Source of the DNA: a virus | Virus record (IMG/VR): IMGVR_UViG_3300045988_020086 | Direction: 5' to 3' (one strand) | Length of the DNA stretch: 50,115 nucleotides | Shown: one piece after another, positions 31,190 to 40,829 of the stretch | How the letters are laid out: the number at the start of each line of letters is the position of its first letter | Numbering within the stretch: the first letter of the stretch is position 1 | Notes under the pieces: generated by a model | Told to the model about the DNA's origin: nothing | The model's input: the letters and a program-made list of their open reading frames with translations, nothing else | The model's database searches: none | Program-made: the position numbers and the translations under genes

Positions 31190-34100
31190 AATCCATACGC
31201 TTCCTTTCCCGCTCGTACTTCTCCACATACTCACAGAACCGCTCGTACCCGTCATCCATGAGAGAACGCAGGTCTTCCGGGTTCATGCTTCCGTAGATGA
31301 TGAAGTTCGGAGCGTAAACGTAGGTGTTTCCGCTGGAACTGGTATAGCTTCGCTGATAGCCTCCCGTTCCGCCGGGCTGCCCGGAGCCGGAGTTTGTGCC
31401 ATTGTCGCCCGTGATGGACGGCACTTCCACCTCCTGCTGGTGATCCCGCAGGTTTTCCAGCATGGCAAGGTTCTGCCGCGTCAAGGCCGCATCGCCCGCC
31501 GTCGGGAAGAAGGTGAGGTTGCTCAAATCGTAACCGTCCAAATCAGACAGCCGCTCAAGCTGCGCCTGCGCCACATCTGCCCTTCGAGCAAAGCTCAATG
31601 CCTGCTGCACTCTGGAATTATCCAGCACCTTCTGCGCCGTTGCGTTGCCCGATGCCGCTGCACCTTCCAGTGCATCCGCCGCATAGTTGGCAAGTTCCGT
31701 CGTGCGCCGGAACGCCACACCGAAGTCAGAGCCTTGGATCATAGCCGACGCAATGGGAACGCCCAGCATCTTGCCAGCCTGCATCCATGTGTCGATGTTC
31801 TGCTCACGCTGAGAGCGGCGGAAACTGATGATTGCTTCGGTGCCTGCTTCGCCAGCCAGAGACGGCCCATTGGTAAAGCCGCCGTCCGCAAACTTCGGCA
31901 GGGTCACTTCGGTCAGGTTGAAGCCGAACTGCTTTCCGCCCAGAGCGGGCACCCAATCGGGAACCGTGAAGTTGATCTTGTTCAGTGTGCGGATAATGGC
32001 GTTCACCACGTTCACCACAACGCCGACAATGCCCTTCACCAGCCCGATGATGCCCAGTACCACAGGCTCCGCCACCGGCAGCAGCTTACCGATCACGTCA
32101 ATTACCGTCTTGATGGCATTCACAAGAACTGTGCCCACCAGACTGACGACGGTAGAAAGCAGCGGCATGACCGCCGGGATGCCCTGGTTCACAACAAAGC
32201 CGAACACCTCAACCAACAGCGGTTTGATGTGGTTCACGCCGAGGTCTACGATCTGGCTGAATACCCCCGCAAAGGACTGGATCAGCGGCATGACCGTCTG
32301 GATGGCAGGCATTGCCGCCGAGAACACGTCGCCCAGATTCAGGCCGCCGATGTTGAAGCCAGACAATTTCTGCTGGATGCTCTGTAGCCCTTCTGGGGTG
32401 GTGAGCTGGCCGAAGATCTGTTTGATTGTGTCTCCAATGCCAGAGATTTTCCCTGTGAACGCATCAAAAACGGCAAGACCACCCTCGCCAAATATCTGGC
32501 CGACGATGTTCCGCACATCTTCAAAATGGTCGCCCAGCAGGGAGACCACCGCAACCATGGTTCCAAGGCTCGTAATCGCCGGGCCGAAGGTTCCAAGCAG
32601 TGACATAAAGCCACCGCCCAGCTTTCCAGCCACAGCACCAATGCCGCCCGTCAGGTTCAAGCCACCTTTGCCAAAGATGGCCTTTGCGCCAGCACCAAGG
32701 ACATTTCCAATAGTTGCCGTCGCCGTACCCGCCGGGTTCGCCGCTGCGATCATGGCGTTCACCGCATTGGTCGGAATGTTCGCCACGTTGTTGATGTAGC
32801 CAGCCGCCCCGAAGATTTTCCCAGCAACAGCCTGCATCGGCTTCTTCTTCCCACTCGTCAACGCATCTGAGTTCAAAGCACCGATCACGCCGCCCGCCAA
32901 AGAACTCAGCCGTCCGGCAATGCCGCCCTGTCCAGAGCTGTTTGCCATCCATGCGCCAATTTTTGCAGATCGCAGGATATTTCCCCGGTTGCTCCACAGC
33001 CCCTTTCCGCCGGAAACAGTGTTCTGGAAAAGGCTGGTCGGACTGAGCAGCCCCATCAGGTTGCCGACGGTGATCCCGCCGAACTTTCCGCCCGGGGCAC
33101 CACTGGCCTTGCCGCCCAGCGTCAGGTTCTTCACTACGCTCAGCGCAGTGCTTCCCGCGCTGTATGCAGTAGGAGCCATGCTCATAGCGGCCAGCGTTGC
33201 CAGAATTGCACCGATTGCGCCTGCGGCTTCCGGGCCGTGGTCGGTCAGGTAGTCAATACCCTGCTGAATCCATGGCAATGCTCCCTGTACCGCCCCGCCG
33301 ATGCCTTCAACTGCCGTGCGCAGCAGGGGCAGGATGGAGTTTGCCAGATTGGACAGGTCGGGCAAACTCTCGTCGATTCCCTTGTAGATGTCCAGCTGTA
33401 AGCGGGTCAGTTCCTTTTGCGCTGGTAAGAGCTGCTCTCCAAGGTCTTGCATCAGCACAGTCTTGGCGTTATCCCGCATGGTGCGCAGGCTTTCTTCCGT
33501 TCCCGTGTTGATGGCAAACTCCCGCTCCATGCTGTTCGCATAAGCCGCCTCATCGCTGACTTCCGATAGGGTCTTCATCAGCAGATCAAGGTTGTTCGTT
33601 ACCTTTGCCGATCCTTCAACCGCCCACTGGTTAAACAGCGTATTCAGTGCGGCAATTTTCCGTTCGTCCGGCAGTTGGTTGATGGCTCCGAAGACCTTCA
33701 TCAAGGTTCCCGTTCCGTCTTTCTGCATGGAGGATGCAATGCCCGTGGCCGTGAATCCCAGTTCCTCCCACATTTCATGTTGTGCTTTGGTTGCGCTGCT
33801 TCCCTTGGAGATGTTTGTATAGATTCTGGAAATCGTGGTGCCGGTACGTTCCGTATCAACGCCTGTTGCCTGCATCGCCGTCGCAATGGCCGCCGTGGTC
33901 GAGGGATCAACACCGGCAAGCTGACCGATGGAAGCCGATTTGTTCACACTGGATGCAATTTCCGCCGCCGTGGTTGCGTTATTTGCGCCCAAATAGTTAA
34001 TCTGATTCATCAGCCGCATAACATCGTCGTGGGAGTAGTTGACCTTATTGCCGTCAGCATCTCTCTTTGTGAAAGACGCTTCCCACTTCGCCATGTAGTC

Positions 34101-34649
34101 ACCGGCGGTCTGATCGTCCAAATCCATTGCCGTGGCTGCCACAGCGGTATCGCGGAGGATGCCAGTCTTGGTTTGCTCAGTCACGTCCTTGCCAGACTGA
34201 CCCAGCGCAGCACTCATAGTCGTAAGCTGCTCTGTGGTGCGGGGGATGTCCATACTAAGCCGCTGGATGTAGTTCTCCATATCGGAGTAGTTCTGCTTGA
34301 ACGTCTTTCCGTTGTCAGCTATCGCATCGGACACCTTGCCGCTTGCATCTGCCAGACCATTCACATAGCGCACGACCGGGGCCATCTGCGCTTCCAGCTT
34401 GGATGCCTCGTTCGTCACCCGCTTCATGCCTACCAACACACTGCCTGTCAGCGTAGCGGCCAGCCCAAGTCCTGCCTTGCCGATGACACCTATCGTGTTG
34501 GCTACCGTACTCGCAAGAGAGTTGGTTGTCCGTAGCCCGCCCGTCAGGGAGTTTGTCAGCCCCTTCACCTGGCTTATGCTTTTCGCCAGAGAAGGATCGA
34601 CCTTGCCCATAATGCGGATGCTGAGGTCTAACGCGCCATTTCCTGCCAT
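31179..34649 (-). CDS. Tail tape measure protein
   Basis: 1156 aa, Gly/Ala-rich and helical; positioned after the chaperone. Confidence 0.95.
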   Translation of the reverse strand: MAGNGALDLSIRIMGKVDPSLAKSISQVKGLTNSLTGGLRTTNSLASTVANTIGVIGKAGLGLAATLTGSVLVGMKRVTNEASKLEAQMAPVVRYVNGLADASGKVSDAIADNGKTFKQNYSDMENYIQRLSMDIPRTTEQLTTMSAALGQSGKDVTEQTKTGILRDTAVAATAMDLDDQTAGDYMAKWEASFTKRDADGNKVNYSHDDVMRLMNQINYLGANNATTAAEIASSVNKSASIGQLAGVDPSTTAAIATAMQATGVDTERTGTTISRIYTNISKGSSATKAQHEMWEELGFTATGIASSMQKDGTGTLMKVFGAINQLPDERKIAALNTLFNQWAVEGSAKVTNNLDLLMKTLSEVSDEAAYANSMEREFAINTGTEESLRTMRDNAKTVLMQDLGEQLLPAQKELTRLQLDIYKGIDESLPDLSNLANSILPLLRTAVEGIGGAVQGALPWIQQGIDYLTDHGPEAAGAIGAILATLAAMSMAPTAYSAGSTALSVVKNLTLGGKASGAPGGKFGGITVGNLMGLLSPTSLFQNTVSGGKGLWSNRGNILRSAKIGAWMANSSGQGGIAGRLSSLAGGVIGALNSDALTSGKKKPMQAVAGKIFGAAGYINNVANIPTNAVNAMIAAANPAGTATATIGNVLGAGAKAIFGKGGLNLTGGIGAVAGKLGGGFMSLLGTFGPAITSLGTMVAVVSLLGDHFEDVRNIVGQIFGEGGLAVFDAFTGKISGIGDTIKQIFGQLTTPEGLQSIQQKLSGFNIGGLNLGDVFSAAMPAIQTVMPLIQSFAGVFSQIVDLGVNHIKPLLVEVFGFVVNQGIPAVMPLLSTVVSLVGTVLVNAIKTVIDVIGKLLPVAEPVVLGIIGLVKGIVGVVVNVVNAIIRTLNKINFTVPDWVPALGGKQFGFNLTEVTLPKFADGGFTNGPSLAGEAGTEAIISFRRSQREQNIDTWMQAGKMLGVPIASAMIQGSDFGVAFRRTTELANYAADALEGAAASGNATAQKVLDNSRVQQALSFARRADVAQAQLERLSDLDGYDLSNLTFFPTAGDAALTRQNLAMLENLRDHQQEVEVPSITGDNGTNSGSGQPGGTGGYQRSYTSSSGNTYVYAPNFIIYGSMNPEDLRSLMDDGYERFCEYVEKYERERKRMDYGT

Positions 34650-35385
34650 ACCTCGGACACCTCCTCACACAGCTGGATCAATTCTTTCCGCGGCATGGAA
34701 AGATAGTCGGTCATGTTAGAGTGCGTGGCAATAGACAGCCGAATTGCCGCCCGGCGCAGAGCCTTGGCTCCACCCTTTACTCGAAAAAATCCGCATCCAC
34801 GGCGTCACGCAGTTTTGCCGCCTCGCACAGGGGCAGACCCGTGAAATAGTCCACCGGGTAGCCGGTGCCCATGCTTGCGATGATGCACACATAGGCATAG
34901 TTGTGCCCGGTGTTCACCGGGGTAAAGCCATAACCCGCCAGGCGATTCTCCGCCATGGATTCACTCATGGTGTTCAGTTCACCTACGCCGGACAGATCGA
35001 CGCTCTCAAAGGTTTTGCCTTTGATGTCGGCTTTTTCCTCACCGTTGTATGTGTAGGGCGCGTCGAACTTGACGATATGCTTGGCGGGGTCGCTCTTGGT
35101 CTTGGCGTTCAGGCTCAGCAGGATCGCCGTCTGCACCTGCTTGATCTTGGCGCGTGGCATGAGCTTGAAGAACTCAACGGGCTTGCCGCTGGCCTTGGTC
35201 GCCATCTCCTGTGCAAAGGACGTGGTTGCTTCCAGTGCAGCCAGAGAAGCAAGCTCGTTGGCGAGGCTCTTCTGGATGTCGATCATATCCTGGATCGTCA
35301 GCTTATCCATGCCGGAGAGGTCAACCTCGGTGTACTCGGTGCCCTCGAAGCTGTACGGTTTTGCGAACTTAACGATATTGCCCAT
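34628..35385 (-). CDS. Tail assembly chaperone, predicted -1 frameshift extension product
   Basis: Slippery T-TTT-TTC (34789..34783) lies two codons before the stop. The -1 frame stays open for 51 codons (RVKGGAKALRRAAIRLSIATHSNMTDYLSMPRKELIQLCEEVSEVWQEMAR). Confidence 0.6.
34777..35385 (-). CDS. Tail assembly chaperone (short form)
   Basis: Lies between the tube and tape measure genes; internal duplicated FAKPYSFEG / FDAPYTYNG halves; start MGNIVKF after AAAGGA. Confidence 0.75.
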   Translation of the reverse strand: MGNIVKFAKPYSFEGTEYTEVDLSGMDKLTIQDMIDIQKSLANELASLAALEATTSFAQEMATKASGKPVEFFKLMPRAKIKQVQTAILLSLNAKTKSDPAKHIVKFDAPYTYNGEEKADIKGKTFESVDLSGVGELNTMSESMAENRLAGYGFTPVNTGHNYAYVCIIASMGTGYPVDYFTGLPLCEAAKLRDAVDADFFE

Positions 35386-35450
35386 CTTGATATTCCTTTC
35401 TCTAAAAAGAATCAGCCGCCCCACAGTGGAGCGGCTGAATTTCCAACTTA

Positions 35451-35984
35451 TCAGATCAGCGCGTTTACTTCGGCGAGGATGTCCTCACCATCAACATAGT
35501 AGCGACCAGCGTACTTGTCGATGTCGATGACGGTCACGCCGTCGATCTCGACAAGATAGCGGGTCACTTCCAGCGTAGTGGAACTGTCCATGGTGGATGC
35601 CCGCTTCAGCTTGCCGGGGTCAAGCTCTTTCGGCTTGCCGCCCAGCACAATGCGCAGGCCCTTGTAAGTATAGCCGCCGTCTTTGTCTTCGTTCTGCATA
35701 GCAGCACGAAGGGTAATCTGCACAGAGCGGCCGGGATGCAGCATCTTGGTGGCATAGCTGTACAGCGTGTTCCAGGTCAGGGTGGCTTCCATGCTCTCAA
35801 ACTGACCCGGCACAGGGCTGTCAACATCGCCGCCGATACCCATACCGTTCACGGTGGTGGTTTTGTTTTTGATCTTGGGCAGCGTAACTTCATCTGCCAG
35901 ACCGATCATCTTGTCATCCCCGGTATAGGCATTGTAATTATTGACAACCTGGGGAACAAGATTGCTCGAAATAGTCAGGCTCAT
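35451..35984 (-). CDS. Tail tube protein (P2 FII-like)
   Basis: Called on sequence pattern and its position after the sheath gene. Confidence 0.85.
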   Translation of the reverse strand: MSLTISSNLVPQVVNNYNAYTGDDKMIGLADEVTLPKIKNKTTTVNGMGIGGDVDSPVPGQFESMEATLTWNTLYSYATKMLHPGRSVQITLRAAMQNEDKDGGYTYKGLRIVLGGKPKELDPGKLKRASTMDSSTTLEVTRYLVEIDGVTVIDIDKYAGRYYVDGEDILAEVNALI

Positions 35985-36000
35985 TGCTCATATCCTCCTA

Positions 36001-37461
36001 TCACAGATTCAGGGCAGTAACCAGCGAGGATGCCTCATACTCCATCGTGACGTTCATCTGCTTCAAGGGCGGGAACGGGGTGCAGTAGAGGTAGAAGTGG
36101 TAGTGACCCGCCACCAGTTCAGCGGCGGTGTTCTTCTCGGTGTCGGCCACTATGCGGTAGCTGGCGCAGGCTTCCTCCGAGACATACTTGCTGCCCTTCA
36201 TGTTCTCGCTGTCAATGATGGACTGCAGCCGCTTGGGATTCATGGGCTTGTCCAGCTTGCTCATGTTATCCAGAACAAAGCTGGTCCATGCGTAGTTGAA
36301 GAAGCGGCGGATGCACAGGAACGCATCCTTCGGGTCGGTGTTTTTCGGGTAGGCAGCAGTTTCATTGCCCCAAATCACAAAGTCGGTGCCGGAGCGGATG
36401 AAGGTTGCGATGCCCTGATCGTTCAGGAAGGTGCCCTGCTCCTGATCCATCAGGACTTCCGTGCCGTCTTCCAAACAGGCGGCAGAGATGGGAACGGTGA
36501 CGTTGGAAGGGCTTGCAACGGGGCGGTCACCGTTCTGGCTGTCGTTGTACACGGTTGCCGCTGCCGCCATGGAGCTGCCGCTGTACACTGTTTCGCCAAC
36601 CTTGACGTACAGCCACAGGGCGTATGCCTCACGGGAGGTTGCCGTCTGTTTTGCTTTCTGCTTTGCGACATCAGTGTACTTCTGTGCGCCGTCTGCACTG
36701 CAGTCCAGGTCAACAAAGCACACAGCGTTGAACAGACCGTTGTTCTTGCGGCACTTGGCCTGCAGCGCAGCGCACACCTGCGCATTTTTCGAGAAACGCG
36801 GGGCCAGCAGGATACCGGGTGCCTTGCTCAGTTTGGGGTAGACCTGACGGACCACCTCAAGGCCGGTCTCTGCGCCAGTGGCAGCATTCACGCCACCAAC
36901 AATATCATCAGCGGTAACTTTGGACGCATCCAGGATGGAGCCGGAAACGGTCAGCGTGGTTGCTCCATCGCCTGCACCGCCGATGATAAGCGCAAGGCTC
37001 ACAGTGCCGTCATCGTTGAAGCTGGCGATGTAGTCCACATCCGCCGTCAGCGTGGTGGTGTCTTTCTTCACCACCAGCTTTTCCAGCAGAATGCCCACTT
37101 TGTCGATCTCAGCAACGCCATCATTGACCTGCACAGAGGTTTCGTCCAGGGCGGTGATGTGCTTCTTATTTTTCGGATCAAGAACATTGATTACGACGAT
37201 AGGTGCAGTGCCAACCACCTGGAAGTTGGCGGAGATTGCCTCGCAAAGGGTGTACTTTGCAAAATCGCTGGACCAGCCCACCGCTGCCACAGCCTCCTTG
37301 TAGGTGCTGACGTACAGCGGGGTGTTTACTGCCGCCGCCGGGTTTGCCAGCTGGTTGACAGGGGCAGTGCCAACGATGATCTGTAAGCCAGAGCTGACCT
37401 GTACCGGCGCGGAAACGCTGGTGGTCGCTTCGGTCAGATTAAAGCCATGAGAAACAGCCAT
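36001..37461 (-). CDS. Contractile tail sheath protein
   Basis: 486 aa; sheath-family pattern. Confidence 0.9.
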   Translation of the reverse strand: MAVSHGFNLTEATTSVSAPVQVSSGLQIIVGTAPVNQLANPAAAVNTPLYVSTYKEAVAAVGWSSDFAKYTLCEAISANFQVVGTAPIVVINVLDPKNKKHITALDETSVQVNDGVAEIDKVGILLEKLVVKKDTTTLTADVDYIASFNDDGTVSLALIIGGAGDGATTLTVSGSILDASKVTADDIVGGVNAATGAETGLEVVRQVYPKLSKAPGILLAPRFSKNAQVCAALQAKCRKNNGLFNAVCFVDLDCSADGAQKYTDVAKQKAKQTATSREAYALWLYVKVGETVYSGSSMAAAATVYNDSQNGDRPVASPSNVTVPISAACLEDGTEVLMDQEQGTFLNDQGIATFIRSGTDFVIWGNETAAYPKNTDPKDAFLCIRRFFNYAWTSFVLDNMSKLDKPMNPKRLQSIIDSENMKGSKYVSEEACASYRIVADTEKNTAAELVAGHYHFYLYCTPFPPLKQMNVTMEYEASSLVTALNL

Positions 37462-37475
37462 AGTTCACATCCTCC

Positions 37476-37787
37476 TTACTCTGCTGCCGCAGTGTTCGTG
37501 ACGGCATCTTTCAGCAGAGCATCCGCCCGCTGATAGAGGGTGTTCTCCCTGGTGCCGTCCTGCTCGACCTTCACCCGCATCTCTGCGAACTTCTCACGGG
37601 GAACCGTCAAGGCTTTCAGCACAGGGATTGCCTCCATCTTCTCCGCCAGCTTCGCGGGCACACCGCCCACAAAAACGGTGTACTGCGGAGCCAGACCTTT
37701 GATGGTCGGGCCACAGTACACCACAGCTTCCTCCTGCACCTCCGCGGCTTTCTTTGCCGCCGCAGTGGTTTTCTTTTCGTCACTCAT
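37476..37787 (-). CDS. Hypothetical structural protein (103 aa)
   Basis: ORF in the structural gene train. Confidence 0.55.
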   Translation of the reverse strand: MSDEKKTTAAAKKAAEVQEEAVVYCGPTIKGLAPQYTVFVGGVPAKLAEKMEAIPVLKALTVPREKFAEMRVKVEQDGTRENTLYQRADALLKDAVTNTAAAE

Positions 37788-38290
37788 ATCAGAGCCTCCA
37801 CTTCTTCATTTTTCAAACCATTCGGGGTTTTGCAAATGAGGTTCACGATTCCCCAATAGTAGTAATCCGCGTCATCGTCCGAAAGCTCCCATTTCCTGGG
37901 GTATGACACTTCAAAAGCACCGCCGAAAATCGGCTTCCGCTTGAAGTGCTGCATAATAGTTTCTTTCACGTTCACGGTGTCTACATACCCTTGTCGGTCA
38001 ATTCCGCGGTCATAGCAGCAGATCACAAGCTGCAACAGGACAAGTTGCGGGTCATCCTCGTTGTCCTGTTCGCCGCTGCTCTCGATTACGATGATGCAGG
38101 GGTAATGGGAATCGTTTGTATCCGCCTCATCATCGTCGGTCGTCTGGATCGGCAGGAACTGCTTGAAGATTTGCAGGGGTTTGGGGCTTTCCTGCCCGCC
38201 AAACGTCATTCCCCGGAAAAGTTCAGTCAATTCGTCGATCATGGCCTGCTGGCACATCTCGCTGGTATATCCAGCGATTTTCTCCGCCAT
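37784..38290 (-). CDS. Hypothetical neck / tail-completion protein (168 aa)
   Basis: Called on position only. Confidence 0.5.
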   Translation of the reverse strand: MAEKIAGYTSEMCQQAMIDELTELFRGMTFGGQESPKPLQIFKQFLPIQTTDDDEADTNDSHYPCIIVIESSGEQDNEDDPQLVLLQLVICCYDRGIDRQGYVDTVNVKETIMQHFKRKPIFGGAFEVSYPRKWELSDDDADYYYWGIVNLICKTPNGLKNEEVEALI

Positions 38291-38291
38291 A

Positions 38292-38996
38292 TCAGATCAC
38301 GCCCTTTCGCTTCGCATTGGCAATCAACTGCCGAACGCGCCGTTCGGTGTTGTCCTGCAACATCTGCTCCACTGTCTGTTCCTGCATCTCCCACACAGTA
38401 TGGTGCATGGCAGAGCCAGAAGGGCTGGGCATCGTCACAAGTTTCTCATTGGGCTTCCAGCGTTTCTTGCCGCTGGCGGTATAGTCTTTGTCAGCCGGTA
38501 CGCCAAGCTGCCGCTGAACCATACCGATATGCCCAGACTGGAATTTCACAAGGAAGCCCTTGCTCTTGCTGCTCGTGCCGCCAAGGTCAATCATCGGGCT
38601 GCCTTTCAGGACGTGTGCCTGGAAAAATGGCGGCGCATTGCGGACAGATGGACCCATATAGGGTTTTGTGGGGCTGGTTCGGAAATAGCCCAGGTCTGCC
38701 CGGAATGCGCCGGGGTCGTTTTTCATAATGGCAAGGATTGCCGCCGGGCGGCGGTTTGTGGCTTTCTGCCTTTGGCGCAGGTCTTCGATCATGCGCTTTC
38801 CGGCAGCATTGAGATCATACCGTTCCTTCACTTCCTGCAGCATCACCTTTCGGGTCTGCCGCGCCGTGGTGTTGATCGCCACTTTCAGTGCCGCCGGGGT
38901 TTTGTCCGCCAGCACTCCGAGGGCACGGGCAACCTGTTCATCGTCGATAGACAGCGTGGTGCTGGAAGCATCGTAGCTGGTTTTGAAGTAGGCCAC
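38292..38996 (-). CDS. Lambda gpZ-like tail completion protein
   Basis: ALKVAINTTARQTRKVMLQEV... and ..GHIGMVQRQ resemble gpZ (recollection). Confidence 0.5.
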   Translation of the reverse strand: MAYFKTSYDASSTTLSIDDEQVARALGVLADKTPAALKVAINTTARQTRKVMLQEVKERYDLNAAGKRMIEDLRQRQKATNRRPAAILAIMKNDPGAFRADLGYFRTSPTKPYMGPSVRNAPPFFQAHVLKGSPMIDLGGTSSKSKGFLVKFQSGHIGMVQRQLGVPADKDYTASGKKRWKPNEKLVTMPSPSGSAMHHTVWEMQEQTVEQMLQDNTERRVRQLIANAKRKGVI

Positions 38997-39001
38997 TTAT
39001 C

Positions 39002-39394
39002 TCACCCTCTCACGCGCTCAAGCTCCATGCGGTATACGCCGGCTTTCAGAGAGCAGGATTTGATCTTGTAATCCCGCTTCTTGTCCAGCGTTATGAGCTT
39101 ATCGTTCTTCGGCATAGGACCGTAGTCCTCCTTCTTGACATACAAGAGCAGGTCAGCCTTGTACATTCCCTGGTCGAAGCTCTGCTTTGCGCCGCCTTCC
39201 CAGTGTGCTGCACGTTCGGTCACGCCGGGGTGCTGGGTAATGCAGGCCATTTCTTTCCCGTCGATGTAGCGTTTCTCGGCGAACTCGTCCAGATTAAAGA
39301 AAACGGTCTGCACATCCTGCGCCACAAAGTCCTTGAACGTGGGCAGCTGCAATGGGGTGTCGGGTGTGCCGTACTTGTCATCCACGTCCAGCAT
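39002..39394 (-). CDS. Head-tail connector / head completion protein
   Basis: Lies directly after the capsid gene; start MLDVDD. Confidence 0.5.
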   Translation of the reverse strand: MLDVDDKYGTPDTPLQLPTFKDFVAQDVQTVFFNLDEFAEKRYIDGKEMACITQHPGVTERAAHWEGGAKQSFDQGMYKADLLLYVKKEDYGPMPKNDKLITLDKKRDYKIKSCSLKAGVYRMELERVRG

Positions 39395-39398
39395 GGCC

Positions 39399-40448
39399 TT
39401 AGCAGACCTCCGCAACGAGCCAGCTGTCCACCTTGTCAGGAATCGTCAGCGGGCGGGTCTGCAGTTCGAGAATCATACGGTCAGGCCCGTGCTTCACATA
39501 GGTACGCAGCAGGCGCGGGGTCTGTGCGGTGATGGTGCGCTTGGTGTCGTCGATGTACGAGGTCAGCGCATAAGCCCGCATAAAGCCCGGATTAGACGGC
39601 AGCAGAGCGACCTTGTTGTCGTCCACCAGCCGCTTGGTGACGGGGTTGGCCGGATCAGTCCAGTTGTCCAGATAGACTTCGCCGTAGCTGTAGATGTCCA
39701 GGTTGGGCTTGTTCAGGTGACCGATGTAACGCACACCGTTGGGCAGGTCCTTGGGGTCAATCTTACCCAGTTCGATGCGACGGTTGTCCAGCATCTTCTG
39801 CACCTCGGTATCTGCCAGGAAGTTCCGCAGGGCAGTCTTGCCCATGACGGCGTGATCCACATTGGCAAAGCCGTTCGTCAGCACCTGATCCACCCAGTCT
39901 TCCAGATCGTCCAGCGGCTTTGCGGCAGACTTGCCCCACTGCTTGGTTCCTTCCAGCTTTACCTTGTTGGTGAAGCCGAAGTCGATGACCTTACTCACAC
40001 CGTTGCCGATAATGGGAATCTGGCCGTCCATGATGGTCTTGACGGCCATCCACTCCTCGCGGCGGGTAGCAGCATCGTCCAGACGCTTATAGTCCTCGAT
40101 CAGCTGCTGTGCGGCGCGTTCCTCCGGGGTCTTGCCGGAGTACAGGTCTTCGCCGGGTGCGCGCTCCAGAGCATCATTGGCGGTGGTGATCGTCAGCGGG
40201 TTGATGAGGGGCGGGGTAAAGCTCTCGGTCTTGTAGCCCTGATCGCGGAGTACCTGACCGCCCACCAGCGGATGCACGAAAGATGCCATCTGGCGGTCAC
40301 CCTTCACGATGTCGATGTCCACACCCTTGGTCGGGAAGGTCTTGATGTTGCTGAAATAGGTATCAAGGAAGAAGGTATGCACCGGGGGAGTGGTGCGCAC
40401 GACCTCTGCCAGATACCGGGGATCGTAAATGCTTACTTCGTTAGCCAT
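39399..40448 (-). CDS. Major capsid protein, lambda gpE family
   Basis: 349 aa; gpE-like pattern (YDPRYLAEVV..FFLDTYF..). Confidence 0.85.
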   Translation of the reverse strand: MANEVSIYDPRYLAEVVRTTPPVHTFFLDTYFSNIKTFPTKGVDIDIVKGDRQMASFVHPLVGGQVLRDQGYKTESFTPPLINPLTITTANDALERAPGEDLYSGKTPEERAAQQLIEDYKRLDDAATRREEWMAVKTIMDGQIPIIGNGVSKVIDFGFTNKVKLEGTKQWGKSAAKPLDDLEDWVDQVLTNGFANVDHAVMGKTALRNFLADTEVQKMLDNRRIELGKIDPKDLPNGVRYIGHLNKPNLDIYSYGEVYLDNWTDPANPVTKRLVDDNKVALLPSNPGFMRAYALTSYIDDTKRTITAQTPRLLRTYVKHGPDRMILELQTRPLTIPDKVDSWLVAEVC

Positions 40449-40465
40449 AGCTTTTTATCCTCCTA

Positions 40466-40816
40466 TCACTTCAGGAAAATGCCCAGGTTGCGCAGGGCAA
40501 CTTCGATGTCCGCTGCTTTCACGCCCTCGGGCAGCACCAGCGCATCGGCGAAGAACTCACCCGTCAGATAAACAGGAACTTCCTCACCCGCTTCGGCACT
40601 GTCTGCGGTAATGCCGTACAGCCCGGTAACGGACAGAGGATTGCTGCCGTCCACCTTTGCGATGGGCTTCACCTCGTCACTGTCCAGCAGAACCGGGGCG
40701 TGTGCTGCAACTGCTGCGCTTGCCTTTTTGGTGGCCTTGGCAATGCCAATGGTCGCGCCGGCAAGGAAATGCTCCGGCGCAGTGCTGAACGTCTTCTTTT
40801 CCAGATCCATGCTCAT
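40466..40816 (-). CDS. Head decoration protein, lambda gpD-like
   Basis: 116 aa, between the protease and capsid genes; VYLTGEFFADAL pattern. Confidence 0.75.
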   Translation of the reverse strand: MSMDLEKKTFSTAPEHFLAGATIGIAKATKKASAAVAAHAPVLLDSDEVKPIAKVDGSNPLSVTGLYGITADSAEAGEEVPVYLTGEFFADALVLPEGVKAADIEVALRNLGIFLK

Positions 40817-40829
40817 AGCCTTGTCCTCC

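Noticed and set aside
115-32740. Genome-wide excess of CCCGCCGGG (at least 12 copies on the + strand).
   Set aside because: Seven copies are arms of the module or terminator hairpins. The rest encode Pro-Ala-Gly on - strand genes in a GC-rich genome. No independent positional pattern was seen.
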